64,000 nucleotides of DNA from an uncultured bacterium (GTDB lineage: Bacteria > Krumholzibacteriota > Krumholzibacteriia > JACNKJ01), in NCBI GenBank assembly GCA_963695095.1, contig CAVOFT010000001.1, forward strand, positions 1 to 64,000, given 5' to 3'. The notes beneath the pieces are model-generated. The model was given only the letters and a program-made list of their open reading frames with translations, was not told where the DNA came from and made no database searches. Made by a program: the position numbers and the translations under genes. Positions 1 to 9,805 of the stretch are shown here, piece by piece. The first letter of the stretch is position 1. Each line of letters starts with the position of its first letter.

Positions 1-500
1 GCAGCCGGCACCGGCGCAGGAGCGGTCGGTGTGGCCGACGCCGACGAGCCGGACGGGCGGGGCTGTGCCGGTCCTGCGACCGTCACGCGCAGCATGGGCC
101 TGGCGGTCAACTGCACCGGCGCCGCCACCACGGCGTCGGCGAGGGGGGCCGGCCGACACGTGCACCGTCGACCCCCGGTTCGCTCGCGGCGGGAATCCGG
201 TGGATCACCACCTGCACCGGCGCGCCGCGCAGGCGTCATTGCCGGCGTCGCCGGCTGTGTCGGTGACGGAGCATCGGCCCCGGTCGTCGCGCTGTCGAGA
301 CCCAACAGGGTCACGATGCCCAGCATGGCCGTCGCACCGAGACCCGCTGCCAGGATCCGGCCACCTCGAGCGGCGTGGCGACCACGACTCGGCGTCGCCG
401 CCACCGAGGGTGCCCGATCTCGCCGCGCACGGATCTGAGCGACACGATCGAGTTGTGCCGCGCTCGCCGACGAGGCGTCGTGCTCGGTCGGCTCAATCAT
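1..500 (-). CDS. Hypothetical membrane-anchored Pro/Ala-rich protein, frameshifted, runs off window start
   Basis: ATG overlaps the stop of the upstream gene (ATGATTGA on minus strand at ~500). A hydrophobic stretch RILAAGLGATAMLGIVTLLGL followed by a P/A/T-rich tail is readable after a frame change. Confidence 0.4.
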   Translation of the reverse strand, partial: MIEPTEHDASSASAAQLDRVAQIRARRDRAPSVAATPSRGRHAARGGRILAAGLGATAMLGIVTLLGLDSATTGADAPSPTQPATPAMTPARRAGAGGDPPDSRRERTGGRRCTCRPAPLADAVVAAPVQLTARPMLRVTVAGPAQPRPSGSSASATPTAPAPVPA

Positions 501-1165
501 CGTGCGCACCGCCCTCGTCCTCGTCGTGATCGTCCTCGTACTCGTCGCGGTGGTCATCGTCGTGGTCATCGTCGTCGTGATCGACGGCCGAGACGGGCGT
601 CTGCTCGACGGACACGGTCCCGGACGAGCGCGATGACCCAGCCGCCAGAGCCGGGGCCTGCACGACCTGGACGATCGGCTGATCGACGCCCGCCGTGATC
701 GTTCCGTCGGCACCGAGGGCGGCAGCGAACACGTAGGTCACATCACCGGAGGTGAAGGTGACCTCGAGTTCGTTCCCCGATGGCTGCACTGCAGTCCAGG
801 CCCAGCCATCGGCGACCGTGACACCATCGAGCAGCACCCCCGTCGCTGTCGGCTCGACCGTGACGGTGCCCGCCGTCTCGACCGCGAACACCTGCGACAG
901 GTCCTGCGGCGCCGTCTGGGGCGCCACGGGAAGGGTCGTCGCCACGATCGGGTCCTCGATGTACACATCGATGACCTGCGGCCCGAAGGCTCCCGGCAGG
1001 GCGTCGACCGGCGTCGTCACGACCACCGTGGCCGACGACGAATCGCCCGCTTGCTGGTCGTTGCCCGACTGCAGCATGCCGAGGTTGGCCGCCCGCGGCG
1101 GTGGTGCCGGTCAGCACCACACCTGCGACCGCCGCTGCGGTGATGAGCGATGTCCTTCGATTCAC
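493..1165 (-). CDS. Secreted protein with His/Asp-rich acidic C-terminal tail (one frameshift near 1095)
   Basis: Signal-like N-terminus VNRRTSLITAAAVAGVVLTGTTAA (ORF 743..1177) continues as AANLGMLQSGNDQ in ORF 493..1077. C-terminus is DHDDDDHDDDHRDEYEDDHDEDEGGAHDD. Confidence 0.65.
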
Positions 1166-1323
1166 GTTGGGTTCCACCTTTCGGATGCGATCGGCTCACG
1201 ACGAGCCGACCTCGTGGAACCCAACGTACGGATCGCCTCCCCAACGCCCGGACAGCGCAGGGCAATCAGATGGCAAGGATCGAAGACACTGCGACCGCAT
1301 CGAGCAGCGCCGGGCAGCTCGCC

Positions 1324-2037
1324 TCAATCATCGTCATCGTCATCGTCGTACTCGCCGTCGCCGATCGCGCCGTCGCCGTCGGAGAGACCCGGCGTGGCCC
1401 GCAGGCCGGCGATGAGTTCGGCGATCTCGGCGTCGCTCAGGTTCGCCTGCGAGTGCAGGCCGAACAACGTGTAGTACGCCGGTGGCATCGATCCGTCCAC
1501 GATGACCTCGATCGTTTCGTCGGCGTCGCCCGGGTCGGTGGCGAACTCGGAGTAGTTGACCTTGTCGCGACCCTCTCCGACGTGATCCGTGATGGCCCAC
1601 GAAATCGGCGCGACGTTCGAGTACCAGGGCCACTCGACCTCGTTGCTGTGGCATCCGTAGCAGGCGTTGACCATCAGCTCACGAGTTCGGGGGGAGGACC
1701 ACTCCGGCTCGCCCGACGATGGCGGGTTGGCATGGTCGCGTCCGTAGGGGATCAGCTGGATCACGCCGAAGGTTGCACAGCCGGCGACGAGGAACAGCGG
1801 GAGCAGACGACCGAGGCCCATCTCGACGCCATCGGCGCTCGACCGTTGCCTCCAGATCGTCAAGGCGAACGCGACGACCAGGGTTCCACCGACGATCAGC
1901 GCCGTGTACCACGGTGCCAGGCCGATCAACGCGCCGCCGACGAACGCGATTCCAGCGACCGCGACCGCCAGGAGTGACCAGATCCCCCACTGACGCCGCC
2001 GTGAGCGCGGGTGCGATGGTTCCGAGGTGTTCGACAT
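1324..2037 (-). CDS. Membrane-anchored haem-binding domain protein (Haem_bd-like c-type cytochrome)
   Basis: Three TM helices, then NACYGCHSNE (CxxCH), WPWYSNVAPISW and GSMPP..Y..H typical of Haem_bd; poly-Asp tail. Confidence 0.85.
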   Translation of the reverse strand: MSNTSEPSHPRSRRRQWGIWSLLAVAVAGIAFVGGALIGLAPWYTALIVGGTLVVAFALTIWRQRSSADGVEMGLGRLLPLFLVAGCATFGVIQLIPYGRDHANPPSSGEPEWSSPRTRELMVNACYGCHSNEVEWPWYSNVAPISWAITDHVGEGRDKVNYSEFATDPGDADETIEVIVDGSMPPAYYTLFGLHSQANLSDAEIAELIAGLRATPGLSDGDGAIGDGEYDDDDDDD

Positions 2038-2085
2038 GTGAACAGCCTGCGCTCGGCCGTGCCGTGGAGGGAAGGGTCGAACGGC

Positions 2086-2773
2086 TCAGACCACGGCCCC
2101 GAACGCGGAGCCGATCAACGCGGTGACGACCATGGCCAGCGCACCCCAGAACGTCACACGAACGGCCGCTGCGACCATCGGCGCACCGCCGGCGCTCGCC
2201 CCGACTGCACCCAAGGCGGCGAGGAAGACGAGTGCAGTGATCGCGACGAGGGCGATCTGTGCCGTCCCTGCTGCGAGCGCAGCGGCGAGCAAGGGCAGCG
2301 CGGCACCCACTGCGAACGTCGCCGCCGATGTGACGGCTGCTTGCACCGGACGTGCAGCCATCGTGTCGGAGATCCCCAACTCCTCGCGCGTGGGTCCCGA
2401 GCGCATCATGAGCCGTCAGTCCTTCGGCGACTTGCCGGGCGAGGTCGGCATCCAGTCCTCGGGCCTCGTACATCGAGCTCAGCTCGTCGAGTTCTCGTTC
2501 GGGTTCGTCGCGCAACTCGGTCCGCTCGCGTTCGATGTCGGCGGCCTCCGTGTCGGCCTGCGAACTCACCGACACGTACTCCCCCGCCGCCATCGACATC
2601 GCGCCGGCGACCAGCCCGGCCATGCCCGCCACGAGCACCTCGCTGCGCGATGCGCCGGACGCAGCCACGCCGATGATCAGGCTCGCCGTCGACACGATCC
2701 CGTCGTTGGCGCCGAGCACCGCTGCACGCAACCAACCGATCCGATGGGTGCGATGAACCTCGCTGTGCGACAT
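2086..2773 (-). CDS. VIT1/CCC1 family Fe/Mn transporter (frameshift near 2390)
   Basis: WLRAAVLGANDGIVSTASL and AGAMSMAAGEYVSVSSQ motifs; C-terminal half REELGIS..ARPVQAA is in ORF 2086..2409. Confidence 0.9.
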
Positions 2774-3069
2774 GACGGCTGACCTCCGCTGACAAACGTG
2801 TGCTGGATCCGGGGCGCAACGCGCCGGGGCACCGCAACACTACGCAGCGCTGGCCGACGTCGTCCTCCGAACGGTGCGGGACCTTCTTCCCTTCACGCCG
2901 CCGTGACGTCATCGGATGATTGGAACATGAGCCATGACGCGGTCAGCGGTCAGGTCGGCTCGATCGCGGTCGACGCGCGGGTGGGCCACGAGGGCACCCG
3001 CATTCGCTGACCACGACCACCGTCCCCGACGTCGGGATCGACAGCGAGCGACGACGCGCAGCTGCGCCC

Positions 3070-5380
3070 TCACCGCTCGGAGGGCACATCGAGGGTGATG
3101 CTCGTCAGCAGCTCCTCCTCCTGCGCGAAGTGCAGCCGGAGGATCGCGTCGAGCGAATAGAGGATCCGGCGTGCCTCGCTGCGATCCTCGTCGGCGAAGC
3201 CGTCGATCGATGCATCGTCGACGAGCCGATCGAGTAGCGAGGCAAGATGGAAGATCTCGCGGTGGGTGCGGCTCATCGATGCGAGCGGGTCGTTTCCGCC
3301 GAGCCGTTCGGCGACCCCGGGGTAGATCTGCGACTCGTCTTCGCGCTCGTGTGGCAGGACATCTTCGGAGACCCGCGCGCCACGTCGCGGAACGATGCGA
3401 GCGCGGTCGCTTCATCGGTGGAGTCCAGGATTCCGGCGACAGAGCGGAGATCCTCGAGCACGAGCATCAGTGGTCCGTGTCCCTCTGCGAGCTGACGGCT
3501 CCACGACTCGGGCACCGACCCGGTGTGCCGAAGCGACCGAGGTGGGCGGAGCGCGCGCAGCGCCGTCCCGATCGCCAACACGTCGATCACCTCCTGGACG
3601 AGCGGCGCCACCGACGGGTGCGAGCAGCCCGACGGCAGCGGCGCCCATCCCGATCACCGACAGGCCCATACCGAGCAGCACGCTCTGGCGGGCGATCGAC
3701 CGCGCCCGCTTGGCGATCACGACACCAACCGCCAACCGGTCGAGCCGATCGACGATCAGCACCACATCGGCGGCCTCCGACGATGCCGTCGCACCTCGGG
3801 CGCCCATCGCCACGCCGAGATCGGCTGCGGCCAGCGCCGGCGCATCGTTGACACCGTCACCGACCATGACGGTGACCCCGGGCCGTTCCGACGACTCGGC
3901 GCGCACCACCTCGAGTTTCTCGGCCGGAGTCCGATCGGCGACGACCTGATCGATCCCCAACGACACCCCGATCGGTTCGGCCACCTCCAGCCGGTCGCCG
4001 GTCACCATCACCACCCGATCCACGCCCGAGCGCCGCAGCGCCCGCAACGCCGCAGCGCTGTCGGCGCGCAACTCGTCGGTGAACAGGATCAACCCGACCG
4101 GTTCGTCGTCGACGATCACGACCGTTGCGCTGCAGCCCTCGCGCCGAGCCCGACGCTCGGCGGTCACCAGCCACGGCGGTCGTTCCTCGGCGTCGATCGC
4201 CGTGAGCGCACCGACCCACACCTCGTGACCCCGGACCGTTCCGCCGACACCGCTCCCCGGCTGCTCGACCACGTCCCGTCGGCTCGACGAGCGCCAGGCC
4301 TCGATCCCGGGCCTCGCGGACCAGCATCGCGGCCAACACGTGCGGCGACGCTTGTTCCACCGACGCCGCGAGAGCGAGCACGTCGGCCGCCTCGCTGCCG
4401 GGCGAGGTCGCCACGGCGACGACGTACGCCCGGCCGGCAGTCAGCGTGCCCGTCTTGTCCAGCAGCACCGTGCGTGTCTGCCCCATCGCCTCCAACGCCG
4501 CCCCGTCCTTGACGACCACGCCGTTGCGGGCGGCGCACGCAATCCCCGACACCACCGCCACCGGTGCGGCCAGCACCAGCGGGCAGGGTGTGGCGACCAC
4601 CAGCACGGCGAGCATCCGCGTCGAGTCGCCCGTCAGCAGCCACGTGCCGCCCGCGATCAAGAACACCGCGGGGACGAACATCACGGCGTACCGGTCGGCC
4701 AGGCGTACGAACGGTGCCCGGCCGACGCCCGCGGACTGCACGAGCTTCACGATCCCCGCGTACGAACTCTCCGACGCCGACGCCGACGCCGACATTCGGA
4801 ACGCTCCTCCGGCGTTCAGCGATCCGCTGCGTGCCAACTCGCCCACCTCACGCTGCACCGACTGGGCCTCGCCGGTGAGCACCGACTCGTCCAGCACCGC
4901 CGACTCGAGCACGGTGCCGTCGACCGGCACGACCTCTCCGGGCTTGACGAGCAGCACCTCATCCGGCGCCACCTCGTCGACCGGCACGGTCTCGAACGAA
5001 CCATCCACCAACCGGTGGGCGACCTTCGGCGCCAGTGACAACAACTCCGACAGCGACCGCTCTGCCCGACGATGAGCGTATTGCTCGAGCGCGTCGCCCG
5101 ACGCCACCATCAACGCCAGGATCACCCCGGCGAGTGCCTCCCCCATCACCATTGCTGCCACCAGGGCGACCAGTGCCACGACGTCGACGGCGACGCGTCC
5201 TTCACGCAGCCGGGCAACCGTGAGCACCACCAGATCCACCACGACGACGCCCGACGCCACCGACCAGACCGCGACGGCAAGTTCATCGGCGCCGGCCATC
5301 CAGCCGAGCGCACCCACCACCAGCGCGACGGCCACCAGGGGCAGCAACGCGCGGCGTCCAGCCGCCAGGGCAGTGGTCAC
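3070..5380 (-). CDS. Heavy-metal P1B-type ATPase, P1B-5-like, with C-terminal hemerythrin domain (several frameshifts)
   Basis: LTGE, VVATPCPL, DKTGTLT, MVTGD, GDGVNDAPAL and QEVID motifs spread over ORFs 3857..5380, 3412..4272 and 3273..3611. Tail THREIFHL...LRLHFAQEEELL fits hemerythrin (ORF 3070..3276). Confidence 0.88.
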
Positions 5381-5474
5381 GGGACCAGCCTCACCGGTCG
5401 CGCTGGCGCCGGCAAGAGCCCATGGTCACCGAGCGACCCCGTGGTGGGCCTGTGGAGCTCTTGGGAATAGTGAT

Positions 5475-5830
5475 GTGCGTGTCGATGCGGTGGCGACCGA
5501 CGACACAATGGTGCGTTCAGTGATCATGGTGGTCGACACCGCCCAGGCGGTCGCGATCGGTCTCGGTCTCCTGCTTGCGATCCGGGTGTTGAATTCCGGC
5601 GGGCACGGACAGGCCTTCACTGCGGACAACGTCCGGCGGATGACGTCGATCGGACGGCTCGCGCTCGCCTTTCTTGCCGTATCGGTCGTCGAAGTGGCCA
5701 CGACGTTGTGGGCACAGGAGCGTCTCGGTACGGGTTCATGGTTCTCCCAGGTGTCGTTCGTGTCGGGCATCGCTGCGTTGGCGGTGTTCGCACTTGCCCA
5801 GGTGTGGAGCCGCGGCGACGTACCGCGCAC
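5475..5830 (+). pseudogene. DUF2975-like membrane protein fragment
   Basis: GQAFTADNVRRMTSIG and AVFALAQVWSRG are DUF2975-like; no clear start, and the usual C-terminus is replaced by the promoter of the next gene. Confidence 0.55.
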
Positions 5831-5844
5831 CGAACCGAACCAGC

Positions 5845-5864
5845 GCGTTGCGTATATGCTACGC
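5845..5864 (+). promoter_or_regulatory. Near-palindromic operator overlapping -10 (TATGCT) of the leaderless HTH-MNT gene
   Basis: GCGTTGCGTATATGCTACGC matches its reverse complement at 16 of 20 positions; TATGCT at 5855-5860 lies 6 nt before ATG 5867. Confidence 0.55.
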
Positions 5865-5866
5865 CC

Positions 5867-6358
5867 ATGGTTGACGCAGCACTGCTGGTCCGCTCCGCAC
5901 GAGAGCGAGCCCACATGTCCGCTCGCGACCTGGCCGCTGCATCAGGTGTCTCGGCATCGACGGTGACCCGGATCGAGCGTGGCGAGGTCAATCCGACCGT
6001 CGTGATGCTCGAGCGGCTCCTGCAGGCATCGGGAAACCAGCTCGACGTGGTCGTCTCACCGCGCCCACTGCGGCCGACGCTGGCCGAGTTGCGCTCCCAC
6101 CGGAGCACGATCATCGGCATCGTCGAGTCGTTCGGCGGCAGCAACGTGCGCGTGTTCGGATCGGTCGCACGCGGCGACACCCACGACGACTCCGACATCG
6201 ACGTGCTGATCGACGTCCCAGCCGGCACTGGCCTGATCACCATCGAGCGCATCGCCGAGGCAATCGAAGCAGCCGTGCCGTGGCGAGTCGATGTCGTGAC
6301 CAGTGGCGCCGCGAGCGGCCGGATGGCACACATCCTCGATGAAGCAGTTGAGCTGTGA
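5867..6358 (+). CDS. XRE-type HTH fused to minimal nucleotidyltransferase (MntA-like antitoxin)
   Basis: N-terminal HTH (SARDLAAASGVSASTVTRIERG) and C-terminal VFGSVARGD..DSDIDVLID (GSx10DxD). Confidence 0.88.
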   Translation: MVDAALLVRSARERAHMSARDLAAASGVSASTVTRIERGEVNPTVVMLERLLQASGNQLDVVVSPRPLRPTLAELRSHRSTIIGIVESFGGSNVRVFGSVARGDTHDDSDIDVLIDVPAGTGLITIERIAEAIEAAVPWRVDVVTSGAASGRMAHILDEAVEL

Positions 6359-6451
6359 ACGACGATCGACGACCTGGAACACGACCTGCCTCACCTCGAA
6401 CAGCAAATCCGCCAGCACCTCGACGACGCAACACTCGGAGACGCTGACTGA
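6355..6451 (+). pseudogene. Internally deleted HEPN/DUF86 (HepT-like) toxin remnant
   Basis: GTG overlaps the MNT stop (GTGA) and reads VNDDR; an out-of-frame DLEHDLPHLEQQIRQHL follows, resembling the DUF86 C-terminal helix. No RxxxxH core. Confidence 0.5.
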
Positions 6452-6512
6452 TTCGGCCGTCTGAGGCGCCCACGACCCCAGCTGCTGCAGCCCCCTGGTC
6501 GCAAGCCTGTTC

Positions 6513-6546
6513 TCCGGACGTTCGTGGAGTTCGGCGAACGTCCGGA
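6513..6546. repeat. 12-bp perfect inverted repeat
   Basis: TCCGGACGTTCG (6513-6524) / CGAACGTCCGGA (6535-6546). Confidence 0.85.
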
Positions 6547-6555
6547 AACGGACTT

Positions 6556-6573
6556 GTGGAGCTAAAGGGAATC
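6556..6573 (-). other. tRNA-Ala 3'-end-like fragment (putative attR core)
   Basis: Minus strand reads GATTCCCTTTAGCTCCAC, like the T-loop 3' half plus acceptor stem of tRNA-Ala; no tRNA body upstream. Confidence 0.55.
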
Positions 6574-6641
6574 CGCACTCCATGTGGCACGAACACGATC
6601 ACAGCAGGTCAGAGCACATTTCTCGTCGCTCCGTCTCGAAT

Positions 6642-6665
6642 GGTGGAGTAACCGGTGGAGTAACC
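6642..6665. repeat. Tandem 12-bp direct repeat, possible integrase arm-type sites
   Basis: GGTGGAGTAACC x2, about 70 bp from the putative att core. Confidence 0.65.
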
Positions 6666-6799
6666 CGCTTCACCCGAAGCTCGCCGATCCGTCTTTGACT
6701 GCCTGCCTGACCAGGCGCTGTGTAAGGTCCTGCCCGTTCGAAGCTCGACGTTCATCGCGTCCGATCCGGCGTGCAGGCGTCGGCGGGTTCGGCGGGCTC

Positions 6800-6920
6800 G
6801 CGAATGCCTGGCGTCACGCTTGGATCGATATGCCCGGGATTATCTCGCGTCACGGTTGGGCCGCAGTCGCACGCGGGATCTCGGTTCGGATGCGTGATTT
6901 CGAGTGTCCGTTATCGGGCG
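6800..6920 (+). repeat. Cassette-boundary repeat unit A (two copies of motif 1 plus motif 2)
   Basis: GCGAATGCCTGGCGTCACGCTTGGATC (6800-6826); GGGATTATCTCGCGTCACGGTTGGGCC (6836-6862); GATTTCGAGTGTCCGTTATCGGGCG from 6896. Confidence 0.7.
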
Positions 6921-6972
6921 GCGCGTCGACGTGTCGTTCCGGACCGAAATTGTGCTCAGACCCTGAACGGAC

Positions 6973-7755
6973 TTGAGGCAAGATGATCGCGTGCTGCAGT
7001 CCGATCTCGAACGCGTCAGACTCCTCTGGCGAGACCTGACTGACGCGCCCGACGGCTTCGCCCAGAACGGATTGACGATCACCGGGTCCGATACTCATCG
7101 AGCATCTCCGCCAGGATGGACCGGAATCGTCGAGTTGCAGGGGGACGTGGTTGTCGCATGCTCCGCGAACGAAGTCGAGTGGGTTCGGAGGGCACTCACG
7201 GACGTGCGCCCCGATCGGCTGATCGAGCCAGGGCTCGTGGATGAACTCCTTCACCCAACAGACACCCTCGGCCCAGCCCTGCTGTTCTACGGGCGAATCT
7301 CGACGCAACGACTACCGGTACCCAGACGCGTCATTGGACCCATTGACATCGCCGACCCTCACGTGCGCGCCGTGCTCGAAGCAGCATCGCAAGCTGAACG
7401 CGATGAGACAGGCTTTGACGAAACCAGCTCAGGCGCATACCTCGCGTTTGGCGACGACGGCGGCCCGGCATCGGTGTGCGGATGGACTCAGTGGCCGCAC
7501 CGCATTGCCCATTTGAGTTCTCTGACCGCCACGCCCTATCGACGGAGCGGGTGCGGCCAGGCCGCAGCTGCGAAAGCACTCGAGGCAGCCTGCGACCGCG
7601 GTCTCCTGCCGCAATGGCGAGCCGCATCCTGGAACGCTGCATCCATCGCACTCGCACGTCGCCTCGGGCTCGTACTGGTCGGGCACCAGTACAGCGTCAC
7701 CTTCGATCACAACCAGACCGACAGCCAACACGCCGACTCGACCGAAGACATGTAG
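6973..7755 (+). CDS. GNAT family N-acetyltransferase (start may be GTG 6991)
   Basis: LTATPYRRSGCGQAAA acetyl-CoA motif; PQWRAASWNAASIALARRLG. Confidence 0.85.
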   Translation: MRQDDRVLQSDLERVRLLWRDLTDAPDGFAQNGLTITGSDTHRASPPGWTGIVELQGDVVVACSANEVEWVRRALTDVRPDRLIEPGLVDELLHPTDTLGPALLFYGRISTQRLPVPRRVIGPIDIADPHVRAVLEAASQAERDETGFDETSSGAYLAFGDDGGPASVCGWTQWPHRIAHLSSLTATPYRRSGCGQAAAAKALEAACDRGLLPQWRAASWNAASIALARRLGLVLVGHQYSVTFDHNQTDSQHADSTEDM

Positions 7756-7779
7756 TGCGCTGCCTGGGTGCTTCTGGCG

Positions 7780-7863
7780 GTGAAAGCGCGGCGCCACGTC
7801 TGGGCCGCGATGCGGCACTCGCTGACTGCGATCCGGCGGGATTCCGAGCGGGGCGATGTCGGG
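7780..7863 (+). repeat. Cassette-boundary repeat unit B
   Basis: GTGAAAGCGCGGCGCCACGTCTGGGCC (7780-7806), then GCGATGCGGC; GATTCCGAGCGGGGCGATGTCGGG from 7840. Confidence 0.75.
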
Positions 7864-7893
7864 TGCCTCGGAGTGGCCTGCTCGCCAAGGTGA

Positions 7894-8361
7894 TCAGAGC
7901 CTGAGCGCGTGAGCGACGCTTCGAGGAGCGAACCCAGATCGTTCATACAGGCGCCGGGCGTTTGCATTCTCGGAGTAGCTGTCAACATGCACCTCGACGC
8001 AGCCGTGGTCGCGTGCCCAGTCGATGAACGCCTCGGTGAGTCGTCGTCCGACGCCCGCTCCGCGTGTGTCGCTACGCACGTACATGCTTCGCAGCACGCC
8101 GAAGGTCACCGGCTGACGCGTCGGACTGGACTGTTCCATGTATCCCGCGACATGGCCGACAACTTTGCCGTCGAGTCGAGCAACCAGCACGACTGAGTTG
8201 TCGTCGGCGAGCAGCCGCTGGAAGTCGGCTGCTGCCTCTCGCGCTGGCCATGTCACGTCGGCGTGTGGATCATGCACGCCGGCGTCCTCGGCGAAGAGCA
8301 GCGCTTCGAGTTCGACGAGCGATTCGACGTCACCATGGTTCGCGATCTCCACACTCGTCAT
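7894..8361 (-). CDS. GNAT family N-acetyltransferase
   Basis: MYVRSDTRGAGVGRRL; NENARRLYERSGF-like ending (SENANARRLYERSGF); ATG 8361 preceded by TACGGT 7 nt upstream. Confidence 0.9.
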   Translation of the reverse strand: MTSVEIANHGDVESLVELEALLFAEDAGVHDPHADVTWPAREAAADFQRLLADDNSVVLVARLDGKVVGHVAGYMEQSSPTRQPVTFGVLRSMYVRSDTRGAGVGRRLTEAFIDWARDHGCVEVHVDSYSENANARRLYERSGFAPRSVAHALRL

Positions 8362-8480
8362 CGAGCCGACCGTAGCGAAGGGCGTCAAAGAGCAGTGCCC
8401 CGATTTCTGTTCAGGCGGCGACCCAACTCCGAAACCGGGTCATCCACGCGCACCGTTTGGCTCGATCTACGATCGCCACC

Positions 8481-8969
8481 ATGGTCTCGTTCGAGCCACT
8501 CGCCATCGACGAAGCGAACGCGTTCCTCGGTGAGAGCATCCGAGAGTTCGTCTCCGAACGTGTCCCAGCAGACCACGTCGACGCCGGCGTCGAGAAGATG
8601 CGCAAAGAACTGGGCCAGCGACTCCTGCCCCACGGGATTCTGACGAGCGGCCACCGCTTCGAGGCCATCATCAGCAACGGCGAGGGTGTCGGCCGGGTCT
8701 GGTTCGGCCCACTGAAGGACGACGAATCCGACCTGTACATCTGCGACATCAGCATCGCCGCGGAGCGCCGACGTGAAGGTCATGCTCGGGCCGCCGTCGA
8801 AAGGATCCTCGACCATGCCAGATCGAATCACTTCGCACGAGTCGGCCTCACCGTCACCCAAGCCAATACCGACGCCATCGATCTCTACGAATCACTTCGG
8901 TTCGTCACCACCCGAAGCGACGTAATCGACCGCGAAATGTGGGTTGTGGTCAGCCCGCTACTCACGTAG
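8481..8969 (+). CDS. GNAT family N-acetyltransferase
   Basis: ISIAAERRREGHARAA; ANTDAIDLYESLRF; TACGAT 7 nt before the ATG. Confidence 0.88.
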   Translation: MVSFEPLAIDEANAFLGESIREFVSERVPADHVDAGVEKMRKELGQRLLPHGILTSGHRFEAIISNGEGVGRVWFGPLKDDESDLYICDISIAAERRREGHARAAVERILDHARSNHFARVGLTVTQANTDAIDLYESLRFVTTRSDVIDREMWVVVSPLLT

Positions 8970-8987
8970 CCGGCCGCTCCAGAAGCC

Positions 8988-9072
8988 GGGAATATGCGGC
9001 GTCACGCTTGGGCCAAAGCCGCACACCTCCTCGCCAGAGTCGGCCGGATTTTGGAGTGCGCGTCATGCGCGG
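8988..9072 (+). repeat. Cassette-boundary repeat unit C
   Basis: GGGAATATGCGGCGTCACGCTTGGGCC (8988-9014); GATTTTGGAGTGCGCGTCATGCGCGG from 9047. Confidence 0.8.
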
Positions 9073-9174
9073 TCGCCCGGCCTCGCTGTCTGCCCACTCC
9101 TGACGGTTGATCGGTACGCGGTCTGGGCCGATCGGCGTGGCTGTGCCCCGCTCGGTGTTCAGTACCGTTGCCGC

Positions 9175-9699
9175 GTGGCGCTCGAGATCCGCACCCCGGA
9201 GGTCGGCGACGCACACGAACTTGGTCGCATGCACGTACGGGCTTGGCAGGCCGCCTACGCCGGCGGGCTCATGCCGGATGAGTACCTCGACTCGCTTTCC
9301 GAGACGGACCGCGCGTCGATGTGGCGTTCCAGCCTGGAGAACCCTCCTCGAGCCAGAGCCGCACGACTTGTGGCGGCTGTCGACGACGAGGTCGTCGGCT
9401 TCGCGCTCGTTGGCCCAGCCGACAGCGATCCGGACGCGGAGGTCGGGGAGCTGTACGCGATGAATGTCGACCCGGATCATTGGGGTACGGGAACGGGTGC
9501 GGCTCTGCTCGACGCTGCCGTGGCCGCGCTTCAGGCGAGCGGGTTCGGGTCCGCAGTGCTGTGGGTCCACCCCGACAACCAACGAGCGCGCTCGTTCTAC
9601 GCCAAGCGCGGATGGATCGACGACGGTGTTGACCGCCAGCAGGAGGTGCTCGGCGTCGAGGTCCCTGAGACCCGCCTCTCGCTTGCCCTCGCTTCCTGA
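9175..9699 (+). CDS. GNAT family N-acetyltransferase
   Basis: HVRAWQAAY, VDPDHWGTGTGAALL, DNQRARSFYAKRGW; GTG 9175 preceded by TACCGT. Confidence 0.9.
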   Translation: MALEIRTPEVGDAHELGRMHVRAWQAAYAGGLMPDEYLDSLSETDRASMWRSSLENPPRARAARLVAAVDDEVVGFALVGPADSDPDAEVGELYAMNVDPDHWGTGTGAALLDAAVAALQASGFGSAVLWVHPDNQRARSFYAKRGWIDDGVDRQQEVLGVEVPETRLSLALAS

Positions 9700-9743
9700 C
9701 TCGCCGAGCGGCTTGCGCACGCCGCAGGGCGCACCGAAAGAAT

Positions 9744-9768
9744 TGATTCCGCGTGGTCCAAGTGTTCG
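9744..9768 (+). repeat. Partial boundary repeat (motif 2 only)
   Basis: TGATTCCGCGTGGTCCAAGTGTTCG resembles TGATTCTGCGTGACGAAGTGTGCG of units D and E. Confidence 0.5.
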
Positions 9769-9805
9769 ACCGGATCGCCGACCGACGGGGTGCGAGGATG
9801 CAGCC

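Noticed and set aside
493..590. GTC/ATC-rich microsatellite-like tracts (also 1324-1350 and 41337-41381)
   Set aside because: Explained by Asp/His-rich protein tails.
6500..6640. Complete tRNA-Ala gene
   Set aside because: Only 18 nt of the 3' end are present; there is no GGTTCG T-arm 5' half, anticodon arm or D arm.
8375..8480. Boundary repeat between the divergent GNAT genes
   Set aside because: Only a weak GATTTCTG is present and no motif 1; not supportable.
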